DNA of 64,000 nt from Lingula anatina (GCA_051362555.1 CM120641.1:36152401-36216400), one strand, 5' to 3'. Positions 25,294-37,632 are shown, counted from the first letter of the stretch. Program-made: numbers and translations. The notes: a model not told the origin generated them from the letters alone.

Positions 25294-25640
25294 CTAAAAA
25301 CGAATGTATTTCTTGAAAGCGTTGGAGCGCCATCGCCCTAATGAACGAATCTGTTGGTCGGACATACCCCTGCTAGCAGCTAAGGTTGCGCCCCCGATAC
25401 GAAAACTGTGACTTCTTATGTTCGTGTTAGCAATTGAAGTGGACGAAATCTGGAAGTTAGAGGTGACTGATGAGTGTTTAAACGATCCAAAGTTTAGAGT
25501 AAGTTGATGGCTGGTCTGATCGTAATGTAGATCGTCCCGTAAGAGCGTATGAGGCGATGGTCCTGCCGTGATCTCACTAATGCGCAGTAAACCGAAAAAG
25601 GCTAAAGAGAACATGGCCTTGTACAGGATCGCATTGTAAC
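25294..25640 (-). pseudogene. Tyrosine recombinase C-terminal part (Ngaro/DIRS), deleted N-terminally and internally
   Basis: AMFSLAFFGLLRISE (box I Arg), SHSFRIGGAT (HxxR), LGRWRSNAFKKYIR (Trp and catalytic Tyr). Confidence 0.9.
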
Positions 25641-25834
25641 TCCATATAAGTTTTGAACAAAGATAATGTGTCCGCCACATTTCCGGCTGAACTGTTTTCA
25701 TTTACATCACCTTGCTTGTTGAATGTTCCTTCAGTTCCTTCTTCTTTATCTTCTACTGCCAAATTTACGAAATCTCTGCTCTCTCTCTCAGAATCTTCAC
25801 TCTCCGAGGTTGACTCCCGTCTTCTCTTCGACAT
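25640..25834 (-). pseudogene. Probable gag N-terminus truncated by deletion and joined to YR sequence
   Basis: Acidic/Ser-rich MSKRRRESTSESEDSE...LSLFKTYME runs abruptly into YR-coding DNA in another frame. Confidence 0.45.
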
Positions 25835-26559
25835 ACCAGCGATTTACTTGGACCCGACGCAGCAAGCTGAAACAGTCTCGAATGAAATCTACTCATCTCA
25901 CAGTTCCTTTTATACTACTACGCAGTGCCCAAACTGTGCATCTAAAACTCCCCGCCCTATGAACCCATTTCCTCACCAGACTTGCTTCTCTAACACATTT
26001 ACGTTGACTCGTTAAACGACAATAAATTCATTTACTCGGCATTGCCCTTACAGCCTCTTGATTCCCGGTGTGCAAAGGCGCTTGGCCATGCAGGGAAACC
26101 TGACTCTGGATAGGGTTACCCATGTAACCCTGTGAGGTGCCAGATGGTGGGCTGTTTATGATACCCTGAGGAGCTGTATTACTTGTGCGCGCATCTGATG
26201 TCAGTGATCCGCTAGTAGGGATTGGGTTTAGGGCGGCTGCTGCTGCTCGTGACGAGCTATTTTGCATATGTTGATGGGTGACCTGCGCGTTTGCAACATT
26301 ACGGAGGTCGCGTACTCCCCGTGCTCCTGCAGAGCTTGCAGGAAGGAGAATCCTTCCATGGGGGGGTGTAGGAATATGTGGAAGTTGGCTCATGGTCTGA
26401 AAATAGAGAATGATTTGTTGTGACTCCCTGAGCAGAGATTTTAGCCCTGCCAGCTATGTGGGTGAGTGGGGGGTGACTGTATGTGTGAGTTTGTTTTAGT
26501 GTGAGAGGAGTAAAACGATGCAAAAGTTCTGCTAATATGAAGCAACGTACATGAACGGA

Positions 26560-27120
26560 TGTGTAAATATTGGACTGTGATAAAATGTAACGAAGCTATT
26601 GTGATAACGTGTAACAAGTATAACGGGAAAATGTAACGAATCTAAGGTGATAACGTGTAACGGATGTAGCATGTAACAAAATAATGTATGTAAGTATAAC
26701 GTGTTAAATTGTGCGGAAAGTAATCTGAAAACGTGTAAATTAATGTGGCATGTCTGTAGCGAGTATAACGGGAAAATGTAACAAATCTAACGGTGATAAC
26801 GTGTAACGTATGTAGCTTAATAACGGATGTAGCATGTAATGAAATAACGAACGTAAGTATAACGTGTTTCAGTGTGCGGAACGTAATCTGAAAACGTATA
26901 AATTAATGTAGCATGAAATGTGTAATCCATGTAACGAATGAGAAGAGATAATATGAAACGTATGTGGCGGTGTTAGGAGATAGCGTCTGCAGAATGTGCT
27001 ATGATGTAACGAAAGGCCGTGAAAACGTGTAACATACGCAACTATTTAAACAAGTGAATCAAAAGAATAAAATGATGGTAACGTGTGTAACGTAACGGAA
27101 TGCATATAATAAGTATAACA
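26560..27120. repeat. GTAAC/ATAAC-rich low-complexity tract with two imperfect ~145-165-bp copies inside the Ngaro element
   Basis: AGTATAACGGGAAAATGTAAC recurs near 26617 and 26762, with many (T/A)GTAAC motifs. Confidence 0.75.
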
Positions 27121-27240
27121 TGAATAAACAATAAAACTAAATACAGTTAGTAGGCGACTTGATGTATGGAGCGTGGTATACTCACGCAGATGACGTCGCA
27201 AATGGATTACAGCGCCCCGTATCGATTGCCAGAGACGTTT

Positions 27241-27771
27241 TCATCCCCGTGTGTTCAGATGAACTCCGTCGGAGCAGAGGACGTTTTTCCACGCATCCTG
27301 GATTCCCACGTGTTTCCAGAAGTGCGCTCGTGACCTGGTTGAAAGTTGTCTTTGTAGTTCGTCGTTGATAACGTCAACTTGGCCGTTGAAAGATTCCTGG
27401 TCCGTTTCCTGCTTCAGGTAACCCATCTGCTTGTATGCTCGAGGGTAAAGCTGGCCCCAGTATATGTGTATGCGACGGTTACGGGGGAGGATTTCATCAA
27501 TTAAGAACAGGATGGAACGGATGACTGGTGTGGGATCATGGCCAATGCGAATGTCATTTTCACCCAACTGACAAAATATGAAGTCGGCTGAGGAAACGGC
27601 GCTCCAAAGCTCGGGAAATTGCCACATGCTATGGACGTTAGCGCCACCTCGCGCTAAGTAGCATACCCTTGATCCAGAAATGTCAAGATTGTTGGGAAGG
27701 TCACTGTCGTCCCGAAGTCGGCAGACGAAACTATGTCCCATAACTACAACTTCCCGATTGTCTGGTTTCAT
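27241..27771 (-). CDS. SGNH/GDSL-type hydrolase carried by the Ngaro element
   Basis: All four blocks present: VVMGHSFV (I), ARGGA (II), QLGEND (III), SDGVHLN (V). Stop comes shortly after DxxH, so the C-terminus may be clipped. Confidence 0.85.
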   Translation of the reverse strand: MKPDNREVVVMGHSFVCRLRDDSDLPNNLDISGSRVCYLARGGANVHSMWQFPELWSAVSSADFIFCQLGENDIRIGHDPTPVIRSILFLIDEILPRNRRIHIYWGQLYPRAYKQMGYLKQETDQESFNGQVDVINDELQRQLSTRSRAHFWKHVGIQDAWKNVLCSDGVHLNTRG

Positions 27772-29547
27772 GCTGTACGTATGTGTATTAAGCTGCAAAG
27801 AATGAAGGAATAATGCGTGGGGTGAAGTGAGGGTATTGCGTGCTGAGACTTGGTAGTAGGAGGGGGTGTTGTAAAGACAAAAAGATAGGGTGACTAGGCT
27901 ATGAGCATCTGTTAAGTATTAAAGTCGGCTCTCTTGAAGAGCTGTGTTAATGTTACGCTAATTAGCTCGTCTGGTGAAAGTTACGTAATGACTGAAGTGT
28001 TGCAAGCTTAGGTTACAGATTAGAGAAGACTTTGGAGCCATCTAATTAAACATGCATGTGTCCACAGATGTGGTGCGCGTATCTGAACTGAAAACGTATA
28101 GGAAGGAAAGTTAAAGCGTAAAAGGCTATGTAATGTGTTACTAACGACTAACCTGTACTGATAGTGTACAAGGTGAGTGTTCTAATAACGAGAGGGATGA
28201 CTATCGGGGGTGAGGTTCATTAGCTACAGATGTGTAAAACATAGTAGTGGATGTGTATTAATCATAAGCTTTACCTGCATGTCATTATGATCTAACGAGC
28301 GAAGTATCTAATGTGACTAAACGAACTACCGTACAGTCCTGAGTCCGGTGCTGAGATCCTGCCTTGTTAAGATCGACGATCGGAGAAAAACCCAACCTCC
28401 ATCGGTGTAAAGTGACGACAAGAGGTATAATGTCAACTGTAGGCCATGATAACGTAACGAGCTGATATTGAACGAAACAAAGTGAGAGACTTACCGATCT
28501 GCTTCTTTTGCTGTACACAAACACTGTCGTCTATAGCTGTACACAAACACTGTCGTCTACTGCAAGTCTCTATAAAGTTGACCGCTCGTGCCGGAGGCTT
28601 GATACGATCTGACCGCTACTGCTAAGATCTTCAAAGCCCACATGTGGGTCACATGTCAATTAGAACGCGTAACAATTGGTCAAGATGATGTAAGAAGTGC
28701 GGTAGAAGCACAAGTGGCTGTATAACGGCGCCAGGGCGACTCCCTACTTATTATGTAACGTCATAAATGGGATTGCGTCTAAGGCCACAATCTTGTATTT
28801 CTTGGAACTGTTCTCACAATTTGACACCTTCTAGCAGAACAAGCTTTTTCAGCTACCCCACCCCGGTATCTCCTGGATATCTGGTTCTGCCCAGTTTCCT
28901 TTGCCCTTTGACCCCAGGCACTACAGCATGGTGACTTCTTCTGCCTAGATTAAAGCCCTGCCAGCCTTCAGGACAACTGATTATTTTTGTTAATAATGCT
29001 CATCTGGAGTAATTGCTAAGGTGTGATAGCTATGCAGTTACTGTGGAATTTTAGATTAAGATTTTTTGAAATATATATACTGTGGTCATTGCACTTATTC
29101 TTTTTGCTGTGTAAAAGGGCACCCCTAGTGGAGCCATAAAACTGTGTTACCCCAGTGGTTCAGGTAGGTGCCGTCAATAGTGAGCATGTGTTTTCCATAG
29201 AGACTTGCTCCAATGTGGCACCAGTAGTTGACTCTTTCCTATGGTTTGAACTTTCTTTTCAAAAGTTTGTCATGTTCGAAATTAAAAATTTTAATTTATT
29301 CTTGACAAAATTCTGGACACGAATTTTAATGGGCCAGGGAGGCATGTCATAACCGAAATTAAAATCATTTATTGGGGAAATGCCACTTTACACAAGGACA
29401 ATGGATCATCATTTATTAGGGAAATGTAACTTTACATAAGTACAATAGATGTTTGATTACAACCTTTATTACTTTATTATTTGTCATCCATAGCACTTTT
29501 ATTTTAATAGACCTTTAGAGTTGTAAAAGTGAGTAATTCCAAAGATA

Positions 29548-30300
29548 TTAACTATTGTCAGAGTGAAAATTAAGGAGAAGGGTTGTAAATGCTGGACTGA
29601 GTGATATAGCTACATCATGTTCTTTTAAAAATTCAGAAATGTTATAGATTGTGATGGGAGGCCATAACTCGATGCTCTTTGGTTCTCCTGTCCAAGAATC
29701 CACCATGAATGGGTCTGGAATCCTGATAACATCTATCACTAGCAGGGATTGATATGTCCTACTAACTTCTTCAGCTCTTACAGTGGCACTTTTAGTTACT
29801 GGGACATTGGCTAATGCAGCTGCATAAACCTAAGAAATACAAGCCATTTGTGAGACTGTGTAGTATTTCACTGTAATAAAGAGCTGTACTTGCATTAAGA
29901 AAATGTTTAATACATAATATAGTCTGTAATTACTAAAATCGAAGTTTGAAAATCATTGGATCTTTAACATAGCTGATCGATAGCGTAGTGTAGGGTATGT
30001 GCAGTTTGTAATTCTAATTTTAGGATTAAAGGGTATTTGAAACCATTTACTCTGAAATTTCACATACAGAGTTCTGTCACTCTATGCTAAGCAGTTTTAC
30101 ATATTAACCTAAGTTGGAATAATACCACACATATTCATTAATGATCGTAACTTAAAATTTCAGTGCACTAAGTTTCCTAAATAGCAAATATGAGAGGTGT
30201 TTCGACAGACTAAACTTGGCCACTAACATTTCTTTTTTTCCTACTGTTGAAAGCTTTTGTCTTGTAAGATATTCCTTTAATGCTTCTATGCTCCACATTG
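29548..30300 (-). pseudogene. SAP-domain N-terminus of a transposon accessory gene (SAP-SWIM-YqaJ exonuclease type, ISL2EU/Kolobok-associated), spliced and decayed
   Basis: Exon near 30215-30295 reads SIEALKEYLTRQKLSTVGKKEMLVAK (SAP motif) and splices to VYAAALANVPVTKSATVRAEEVSRTYQSLLVIDVIRIPDPF...WPPITIYNISEFL. The nuclease domain itself was not recognised. Confidence 0.55.
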
Positions 30301-31044
30301 ACACAATTTCATATATTTCATCCTCATTTAACTATAAAACATTTAACTCTCCAGGCGACGCCAGTATTTTCTTTGCTCGCACATGTGCTTTTATTACCCA
30401 AACAAACTGATCTTGCTGATTCTCAAAGTGCTATATTAATGGCAGCGGCAATCAGAAACTGGAGTATTGGGGAATAGATAGATGTTTGATTACAACCTTT
30501 ATTACTTTATCAATAGCTAAGATTATATATGTTTCTTAAAATTTTTGTTACATTTTATGATCTATGGTTAAGAACTTAATAAATGAGGAACTAAGCATAT
30601 AGCTTAATTCAGTAGATCATAGAAGGTGGGGCTTAATTTCCACCATAGAAAACTTAGTAAGTTTTTTCCTCTCCCAAAAAATTTTTATTATCATTTTTAG
30701 ATTAAACGAGAGAGAAACAGAGATTAATTTTATATAATACCTAAGACATTTTATTATTGAACATGGAAATCAAAATACAGTGTACTAATTGTAATGGAAT
30801 GGTAGTTCATTTGGCGTAACGAGAATTCTCCACAGTCCAAGACCCCTGGACTGAGAAACGTGGAGAATGTGAGCAATCATTTTCCTAATGTATTAGGTTA
30901 CTACTTCTGAATAAATTGTACTTTGCCTGGCATTAATGTCAATATGTACATAGAAATTCTTCAAGAGCCAAGACCCCTGGACCGAGGCTCATGAAGAATT
31001 GTCAGCAGTCATTATCACAATGTCCTATGGGCTGCAATTGGTAT

Positions 31045-33000
31045 TTAGAATCTGAGATATCTTTTGTAGGCGTCCGATCTCCATCTCAGGCCTTCCCAAC
31101 TACCAGACTCGGCACCTACGGGTCCAGAATAAACCGGTATATCTGACCACACTACCCGTTTTCAAGGTGTGTGTCAGATCGCATAAAAGAGTATCATACC
31201 CTATCACAAATTCTGTAAGCCTACCTGTCATCCGGGTATCGCGCCTCGTTTTCGTCAAGTATGAATACAACAGACGACTCCCTCAATAAGGGGGTGGAAA
31301 CGCCCGACTTATATGATTAAGACGAGCCTAGCCGTCAGTACCGGTTATTGTTGTGTGACCTTGAGGAGCAATTAGGTTTGGTCGTTGCGGCACGCATGAA
31401 CAGTAGTTGAACTACCACACCTGGGTCTTTTGTTTTTGACAACTGTTCTCTCGTCATCGAGGCGCTTGTTCAAGACTACAGGCTGATATCTACTAGTACT
31501 ACCAGTGGCTTCATTAGTAACGTTCCCACAATACTTAAATTTTCTGTCCGTGCGTACAAACCCTGAAAAAGGACAGCCTCGCTGACGAGAACAATGGACG
31601 TTTCTCACCCCTCTCTAGGATTACCCCTGCCCTCAATCTCGTCTATCCCGGTAGTCATGAAAATATTTAACCCCCGACAGAATATGCATCCGCTATCAAA
31701 ATTAGGTCTACTTTTCTAAATTAATATATAAGTTTGCAAGTTCTTATTTACAAAACATCATTGGCTATGTCCGAACCTAAATTTTATGTTAAAAATTGCG
31801 GTACTGTCAGATTTTAGCATAAACAGAGAAAATTGCAGCAGCGCATGAATCTAGATGAGATGCACTACTTTCCAACCCCGCTTAGGATCATTGCTATCAC
31901 ATCGCGCACCAGGCAAAATCGGTGTGGTGGCTGATACTCTGTAATGCGATCTGACACACACCTTGAAAACGGGTAGTGTGGTCTGATAAACCGGTTTATA
32001 CTGGACCCGTAGGTGCCTAGTCTGGTAGTTGGGAAGGCCTGCATCTGCCTAACAGTTTAATTTGGGTTTCAGACATCCCGATACTAGTTGCGAGTGTTGC
32101 TCCTACTATTCTAAAGCTATGACTCGTGATGTTTAGGTGTGAGAACTTTGCTGTCTTGACACAACGCTCCAGGTATCTGCTGAAATCCTGGCAGCGGACC
32201 AGAGATCCGTCAGTGAGAACAAAAAAATGATTGTTGGTTGTATTGGGGCGTAAGGAGACATACTCACAAACCCACTTGACAGGACCAACGTTCATCATTT
32301 GTTTGCGGATTATGATAGTGATTAGAGTTTTTACTAACATGTTTAAAAGAAGGCAGTTTTATGGTGATAGTTCCTTCTAACTGGTTTATGACTACATTCT
32401 CAAGTTGTAGTGTGTGGTGAGCCTCGCTGCGATTTCACTAATGCGTTATAACCCGAAGAATGCAAGTGAGAACATGGCCGCAATCAAGTTTGTTTCATAC
32501 GCTGATTGGATGCATCCTTGAAGATTTTGGATCAATGTGTTTAAAACCGAGATAGTGATTGGGGACCTCGAGTCCTGAGAGGGGTTTTTCCTCTCTATGC
32601 CTTGAACAGTTTGTCTTACTAAAAATGTTGAAGTTGGATCAGGCATGTGTGCCATCTTGTACTTGTAGCTCAGGGCGGAGAGGTGCGTCCTGATGGATGA
32701 TGGTTTGTAGCATTCACTGAGGAACTGTGTAAATAATGTTGTGACGGTATGGTCAGCAGGGAATGCTTTTAGGCCCCTTTGTTGCGTAAAATCGGCTAAG
32801 AGAGAGTTGATTGCTATATGTCCTCCTGGTGTTTTTGGTGAGGGCAGCTTCCAGGTTACTGTTCAAATCTTCAGTAAGCTGTTTAGTGACAATGCTGCAG
32901 GAATGGGTGTAGGGTGATGATCCGCTTGGGGGCACAGTCTCCTGAAGGCCTGTGAATTAGATCGAGATAAAGTGTCATTCTCTTGTCGATGGAGTGCTTG
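31045..33000 (-). pseudogene. Second DIRS/Ngaro-group remnant: RNase H tail and broken tyrosine recombinase
   Basis: DTLSRSNSQAFRRLCPQADHHPTPIP (pol C-terminus), then YR fragments SQDSRSPIT...AMFSLAFFGL*RISE...SHSFRIVGAT...KLLGR, resuming as RWRSDAYKRYLRF* at 31086-31045 beyond an insertion. Confidence 0.85.
31087..32041. mobile_element. 955-bp non-autonomous TIR element with ~110-bp TIRs and 5-bp TSD (hAT5-like)
   Basis: Inverted repeats 31087-31196 and 31932-32041 beginning CAGGCCTTCCCAACTACCAGACT, with CATCT on both sides. Removing the element and one TSD copy restores GRWRSDAY in the YR gene. Confidence 0.9.
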
Positions 33001-33216
33001 AAAACCAATGTTTTCTGGGCATTAATTAGCTGAACAAGGCCAAAAACAACTTTATTTTGTAAGCATCGTTACCGGTAGGGAATCATATTGCATGTTGTTG
33101 GGCCTTGGGGTAGTTCTTGACCTACACAGGGTATGCCATGTAAGGTTTATCTGAACAGAACCTACATTCCTCATGCTGTTTATGCTACGGCAAAAAAGCG
33201 CCGTGTGACGAATTAA

Positions 33217-33900
33217 CTAGCTCGTGGCGAGTGGAAAGTGAATAAACAGGCAGTAACTTACCCTTTGACTAGTAGCAATTGGTCTAACATCACACATGCC
33301 TAACCTGCAGCACATTATCCAGTATTGTACTCTGGTGATAGTATTAAGTCGAGTTAGCCTAGTAAACAATTCGAGTATAAATTCCATTTCATTTTCTATT
33401 TTGTGCAGGTCTCCACTTAACATAACATTTAAGTGGTGGTTACCAGTTACTGCTTTAGCCAAGTTTGACAAGCGGTCTTTTTGGTCTTGGAATATTGAAC
33501 TATATTTAGAACTAAAAGCAGCAAATGCTCTCAGGGCCTTTTGTTGCCTAGTCTGCAATATATTGACATGTTCAATTACCTAATTCAACTGATCATCCGT
33601 GGCAACTCCAAAGAGATTATTTGCCACTTTGCCAATGATTGGCAGAACTGCCCTTTTTCGCTTATCCCCCCTATAATTTGTATCATTGCCTAAACCATGG
33701 TTTTCCTCAAATAACTTATCTGCTTTGTGTTGCAGGGCTCTGAACTCCGTACTAGTTTGGTGGTATAAATGCATACCCTCATCTATCGCCCTATCAACAA
33801 TCTTACATATTTTCTCTTCGAATCGTCTAGCACAATTGTAACCAAAACTAGACTCAAAGGAGAGGGTTGGCAAATGAATTATCATAGTATCAGGCATGAG
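33217..33900 (-). pseudogene. env-like class I fusion protein fragment (baculovirus F / errantivirus type)
   Basis: Polybasic cleavage site KRKR followed by fusion-peptide-like AVLPIIGKVANNLFGVAT and a heptad-like stretch. ORFs 33580..34035 and 33217..33558 share a frame, separated by one TAG. Confidence 0.7.
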
Positions 33901-34999
33901 ATTTGGTTTTGATAAAAAAGTCTGAAAGATTTTTCGAAGAAAAATCTTAACGCACACGTAGGCTAGGCCTATACATGTAGGAATAGTTTGATTGACAGTA
34001 TACACTATAATACAGTAACACACACACACACACACTCAGTGACACACACACACACACCAGTGACTGAGTGAGAACGTTACTGATCTCTAATTCAGCATTT
34101 AATTCTGTTGATGTACGTTTAAACCATGTCATAGATCTAGTACAACTATCGTTTATACTATTACTAGTGACAACACCGTCATCACATCAGACGATCAGTA
34201 GATTTAGTGATTCAACAGTTGGGCACAATTTTAAACGAGCGACAAGTCGACAACTCAAAACATGAAAATTTTCAAATGCAAGTTCAATATCTTCATACGA
34301 CATACACACAACCGATCTAGTAAAACAACCTATCTGAATTTATTCTTAATCCCTTTATCGATTTCTCTGACTCTATCGTCGTTTACACCGGCCTCAAGTA
34401 GCTTCATTTTCCAAAACGCAAAAGCGACACACGATACCACATGGAAAAAACCGCGCAGCGCTATATGAACAGGATACAGGCCGTTTTACGGTAATTGCAT
34501 TCAATGACTGTATAAATGTCGTATAGATGTCGCAAAAGTTTCCCCCTTGATAACAGTGCGTCCCAGAATCGATATATATGTACGGTTGGTAACGTTTTTC
34601 GGCAAGGTCAAAATTGAAAACATGCGAGTGCCGATGAGTGAAGGGTCTCGCCGGGGAAGGGAAGGGTACCCCTACCCCCCCCCCCCCCCTGAAATTTTCT
34701 CAATGGATTTGCAATGATATAAAAAATGACATTTTTGAAGGAAAAAAGTCAGAATTCCGCCAAAAGACGGAAAAATCTCATGCCTGTAGTATGTAGCCAA
34801 TAATCTTGCGCAAATCTGGCTGTTCCCTTATTTTGAAGTATTATGCCGTTGTCGATCCTGGCTTCGGCCAGGGTACAGGGGATTATTGACAGCATCAACC
34901 CAAAGGCAATAGCCAATCCTATAGTTTCAGGCCAAGGTCCTAGAGAAAGAGAAAAGATGGAAATTTAAGGGGTTGTTCTATACCCATCTCCCTCTTATG

Positions 35000-35889
35000 A
35001 ACGAAGTTTACGTCTTCTTTTTTTTCCTTTTTTCATTCTGTTAGCAAGAAATTCTCTAATTAATGCATTGGGCACTCTTTATGCCCTTACCCGAGTTGAC
35101 TTCTTGGCATTTTTCCATTTAATCCTATAACATTTTTCACCTTTATACCATTCGTAACATAGTATTTTCTCAGCTTCCTCAGGCTTTGGATTATCGCATG
35201 CTACAGTATTGGGAACAATGCTTGTAGTTTTATCCTTATTAATGCTTGATTTGATGTTATCATCATCTTGTTCATTAGCTTGGCCGGCTGTAACATCATC
35301 ATGTACCTGTTCATGTTGTGTTTCATTTTGCTCTTGAACTTTAGTATCATTTGTAGGTACATTTTGTGGAGCTTGGTCACTAAATTTCGTGCGTATGAAA
35401 TAGGGTCTTTGTAAATTTTCAATCGGTTGTTATTTACGGGGGCCCTCAAAAGTTTATTGGCGCATTCTCTAAGCTGGTAAGTTGCATCTCCTAGTACCTT
35501 AACAATATAGTAAGGCCCTAAGAACTTCGGACTGAGCTTTGCCAATTAGACCCTTTGGTGTCCTCTCATTTTTCAACATTACTTTATCCAGTAGTTTTTT
35601 TCCTTAGCCTTATGATGTTCTGGTCTGGCGTCATCTTAGGCTAATAATATTTCAACTTTATTCTCTCAATACACCTGCGGAATCCTGGATGACATGCTCC
35701 TATCTTGGAGTCATGATAGGCTCTCAAAACCTTATTTCTGTAATGCTTTGGCACCACTAACGGATCTATGATGGTCTCATCCCCTGATTCCTTTCTCTTT
35801 TTATTCTGATGCCGCCTATTAAGTATTCCATCTTTCAAAAAGAAGAATTTTTCGAGGTGTTCCTTTTCCCTTGGAATTTCAGCTAACAT
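35000..35889 (-). pseudogene. Gypsy/Ty3 pol remnant: integrase Zn-binding start, GPY/F module and chromodomain-like tail
   Basis: LVVPKHYRNKVLRAYHDS...HPGFRRCIERIKLKYY; KLSPKFLGPYYIVKVLGDATYQL; EAEKILCYEWYKGEK/YRIKWKNAKKST...VPNALIREF. The DDE core is deleted. Confidence 0.8.
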
Positions 35890-37341
35890 ACTAGCTCTGA
35901 TACATATATGACCTTGAGCAATACTTTTCCAGATCCTTTATTACAAAAATATTTAAGTTTTGCTTGCAAACTTTGTTTGACCCCCTCCCCTCTTTTTTTG
36001 TGGAGATAACTGTCCACAAATTTAATTGGAAGAACGTTTTAAAATCTTGTGCTAATGATAGTCACATACGATCATCTACCTGTGCTGATCTCATGGAATC
36101 GTGTAGGTACATCCAAAATATGCTTTTAGAAATAAAACAGCTTTCCTGTTGACATGAATATTGTCAATTGTAAAACCAAATGTTCTATGAGAAAAACGTA
36201 ATTATTTTGGAAATTGTCCTTGTCTTGGTTTAATTAATAGTTCATGGTAATATTGCATGATCAAATGATACCTTGTGCTAAACACAAGTGCATTATTCAG
36301 GATAACTGACCAATCAGAGGCCTTGAATTCTACAAGAGGTATAATTTTGGGTAACCTTTTTCTCACATTAGAATTCCTTTTTTAATAAATGACTGTCTTT
36401 AATTTTGATTTAGTACTACATAGATGTAATTGAACTGTTGAAATGAAAAAAAATCATTTATTTAAAAATACAATACTGTTGCACTTGCACAAGTTTATTT
36501 TATCAATAAAACTGTATTAACACAATTAAAAATTGTTATTTTTAATATTGAAAAATAAGTAACTTGATACAAAATTGCCATCGTAATGGATGACATGTTT
36601 TTAAATTTGCCAAATATGCAAATTTAAATGGATTAAACATAATTGTTTTTCTTTTCCATTGGTAATGATGAATAATAGTTCATCATACCAGTACAGGGCT
36701 TCAGTCTACAAGTTCCACTTTTTGAAGTTGATTGTGGAATTAGAAAGGGTCACAGCTGTATACTGTCAATGACAACTTTGTCATGTAGATTAAAGGTACA
36801 TACGAACCGAGCATCGATGGAGCGTGGATTCCCAGTAACACATATAAACTACTTCTACTGGTTTTTTATACGACTCGAGTAAGTTTGACATGCCAAGGGA
36901 TAAACTGAATAGATCACTCAATCAGACATAAGAGCTTTAGACTGCTCCTTTCTTTAAATTTTTGGTTGGAACGTTAACCTACTTTCATGACCTACTTTTC
37001 TGCCCCATTGATGTATAGCATAGAATGCTAACAGAAAAATCTGTTCAAACATCATTTTTGGGTAAAATTAAACAATGCCTTTTGGTAATTTCTCTTAGTT
37101 ATACTACTTGAAACTATATGCTGGCATTTGGTTGGTTTTTGTGGCAAAAAATTGACTTTGTATGCATCTTTAAGAAATTATTCACTTTGATTATACTTAA
37201 CAAGTCAAAAAAAGCTGATTTTAATATTAGCATTTAACAGAATAAAGAAAAGGTAACAATATTATAATATTTATTGATATAACGCTATTCTAAAATAAAC
37301 CACTTACTTGCACTTGGATTTAATATGATCATGCATATGAA

Positions 37342-37632
37342 AGGGATAACTGTTCATTTTGGCCAAAAAATGAATTTTCCTGGGGTAAACAACAATTTGC
37401 ACATACTTGCCAATGGTTAATGAATCCATTTCTACATTCAAAGTTAGTCCTTGGTTTTTTTTTTTCTAAAAAGTTTTTTTGTACAGCCATCTATCGAGGT
37501 CACATGGTACAATGACAAGCATAGATTTCAGAATATTTGCTTGTACTTCGGTTTTTGTGGTGAAATAGAATATATTATAAAATGTTTTTATTGTGAAATA
37601 TAGATCACATATGAAGAGTTGTCATGATCCCT
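37342..37632. mobile_element. Kolobok-type MITE, copy 1 of 3
   Basis: AGGGATAAC...GATCCCT ends with degenerate TTAA flanks. Shares ATTTTCYTGGGG and TTCAAAGTTAGT blocks with the copies at 46.3 and 60.7 kb. Confidence 0.65.

Larger units (their letters stand above)
23940..28800 (-). mobile_element. Ngaro-type tyrosine-recombinase retrotransposon, internally deleted (no RT/RNase H)
   Basis: Split direct repeats in element orientation: A1 (28800-28469), internal region, B1 (24807-24604), A2 (24608-24247), B2 (24143-23940). Contains YR, gag-like and SGNH hydrolase ORFs on the same strand. TATTT occurs at both ends and at the B1/A2 junction. Confidence 0.88.

Noticed and set aside
33900-34132. Hydrophobic CVCVC N-terminus as an env signal peptide
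   Set aside because: Derives from a (CA)n microsatellite; the true env start cannot be placed.
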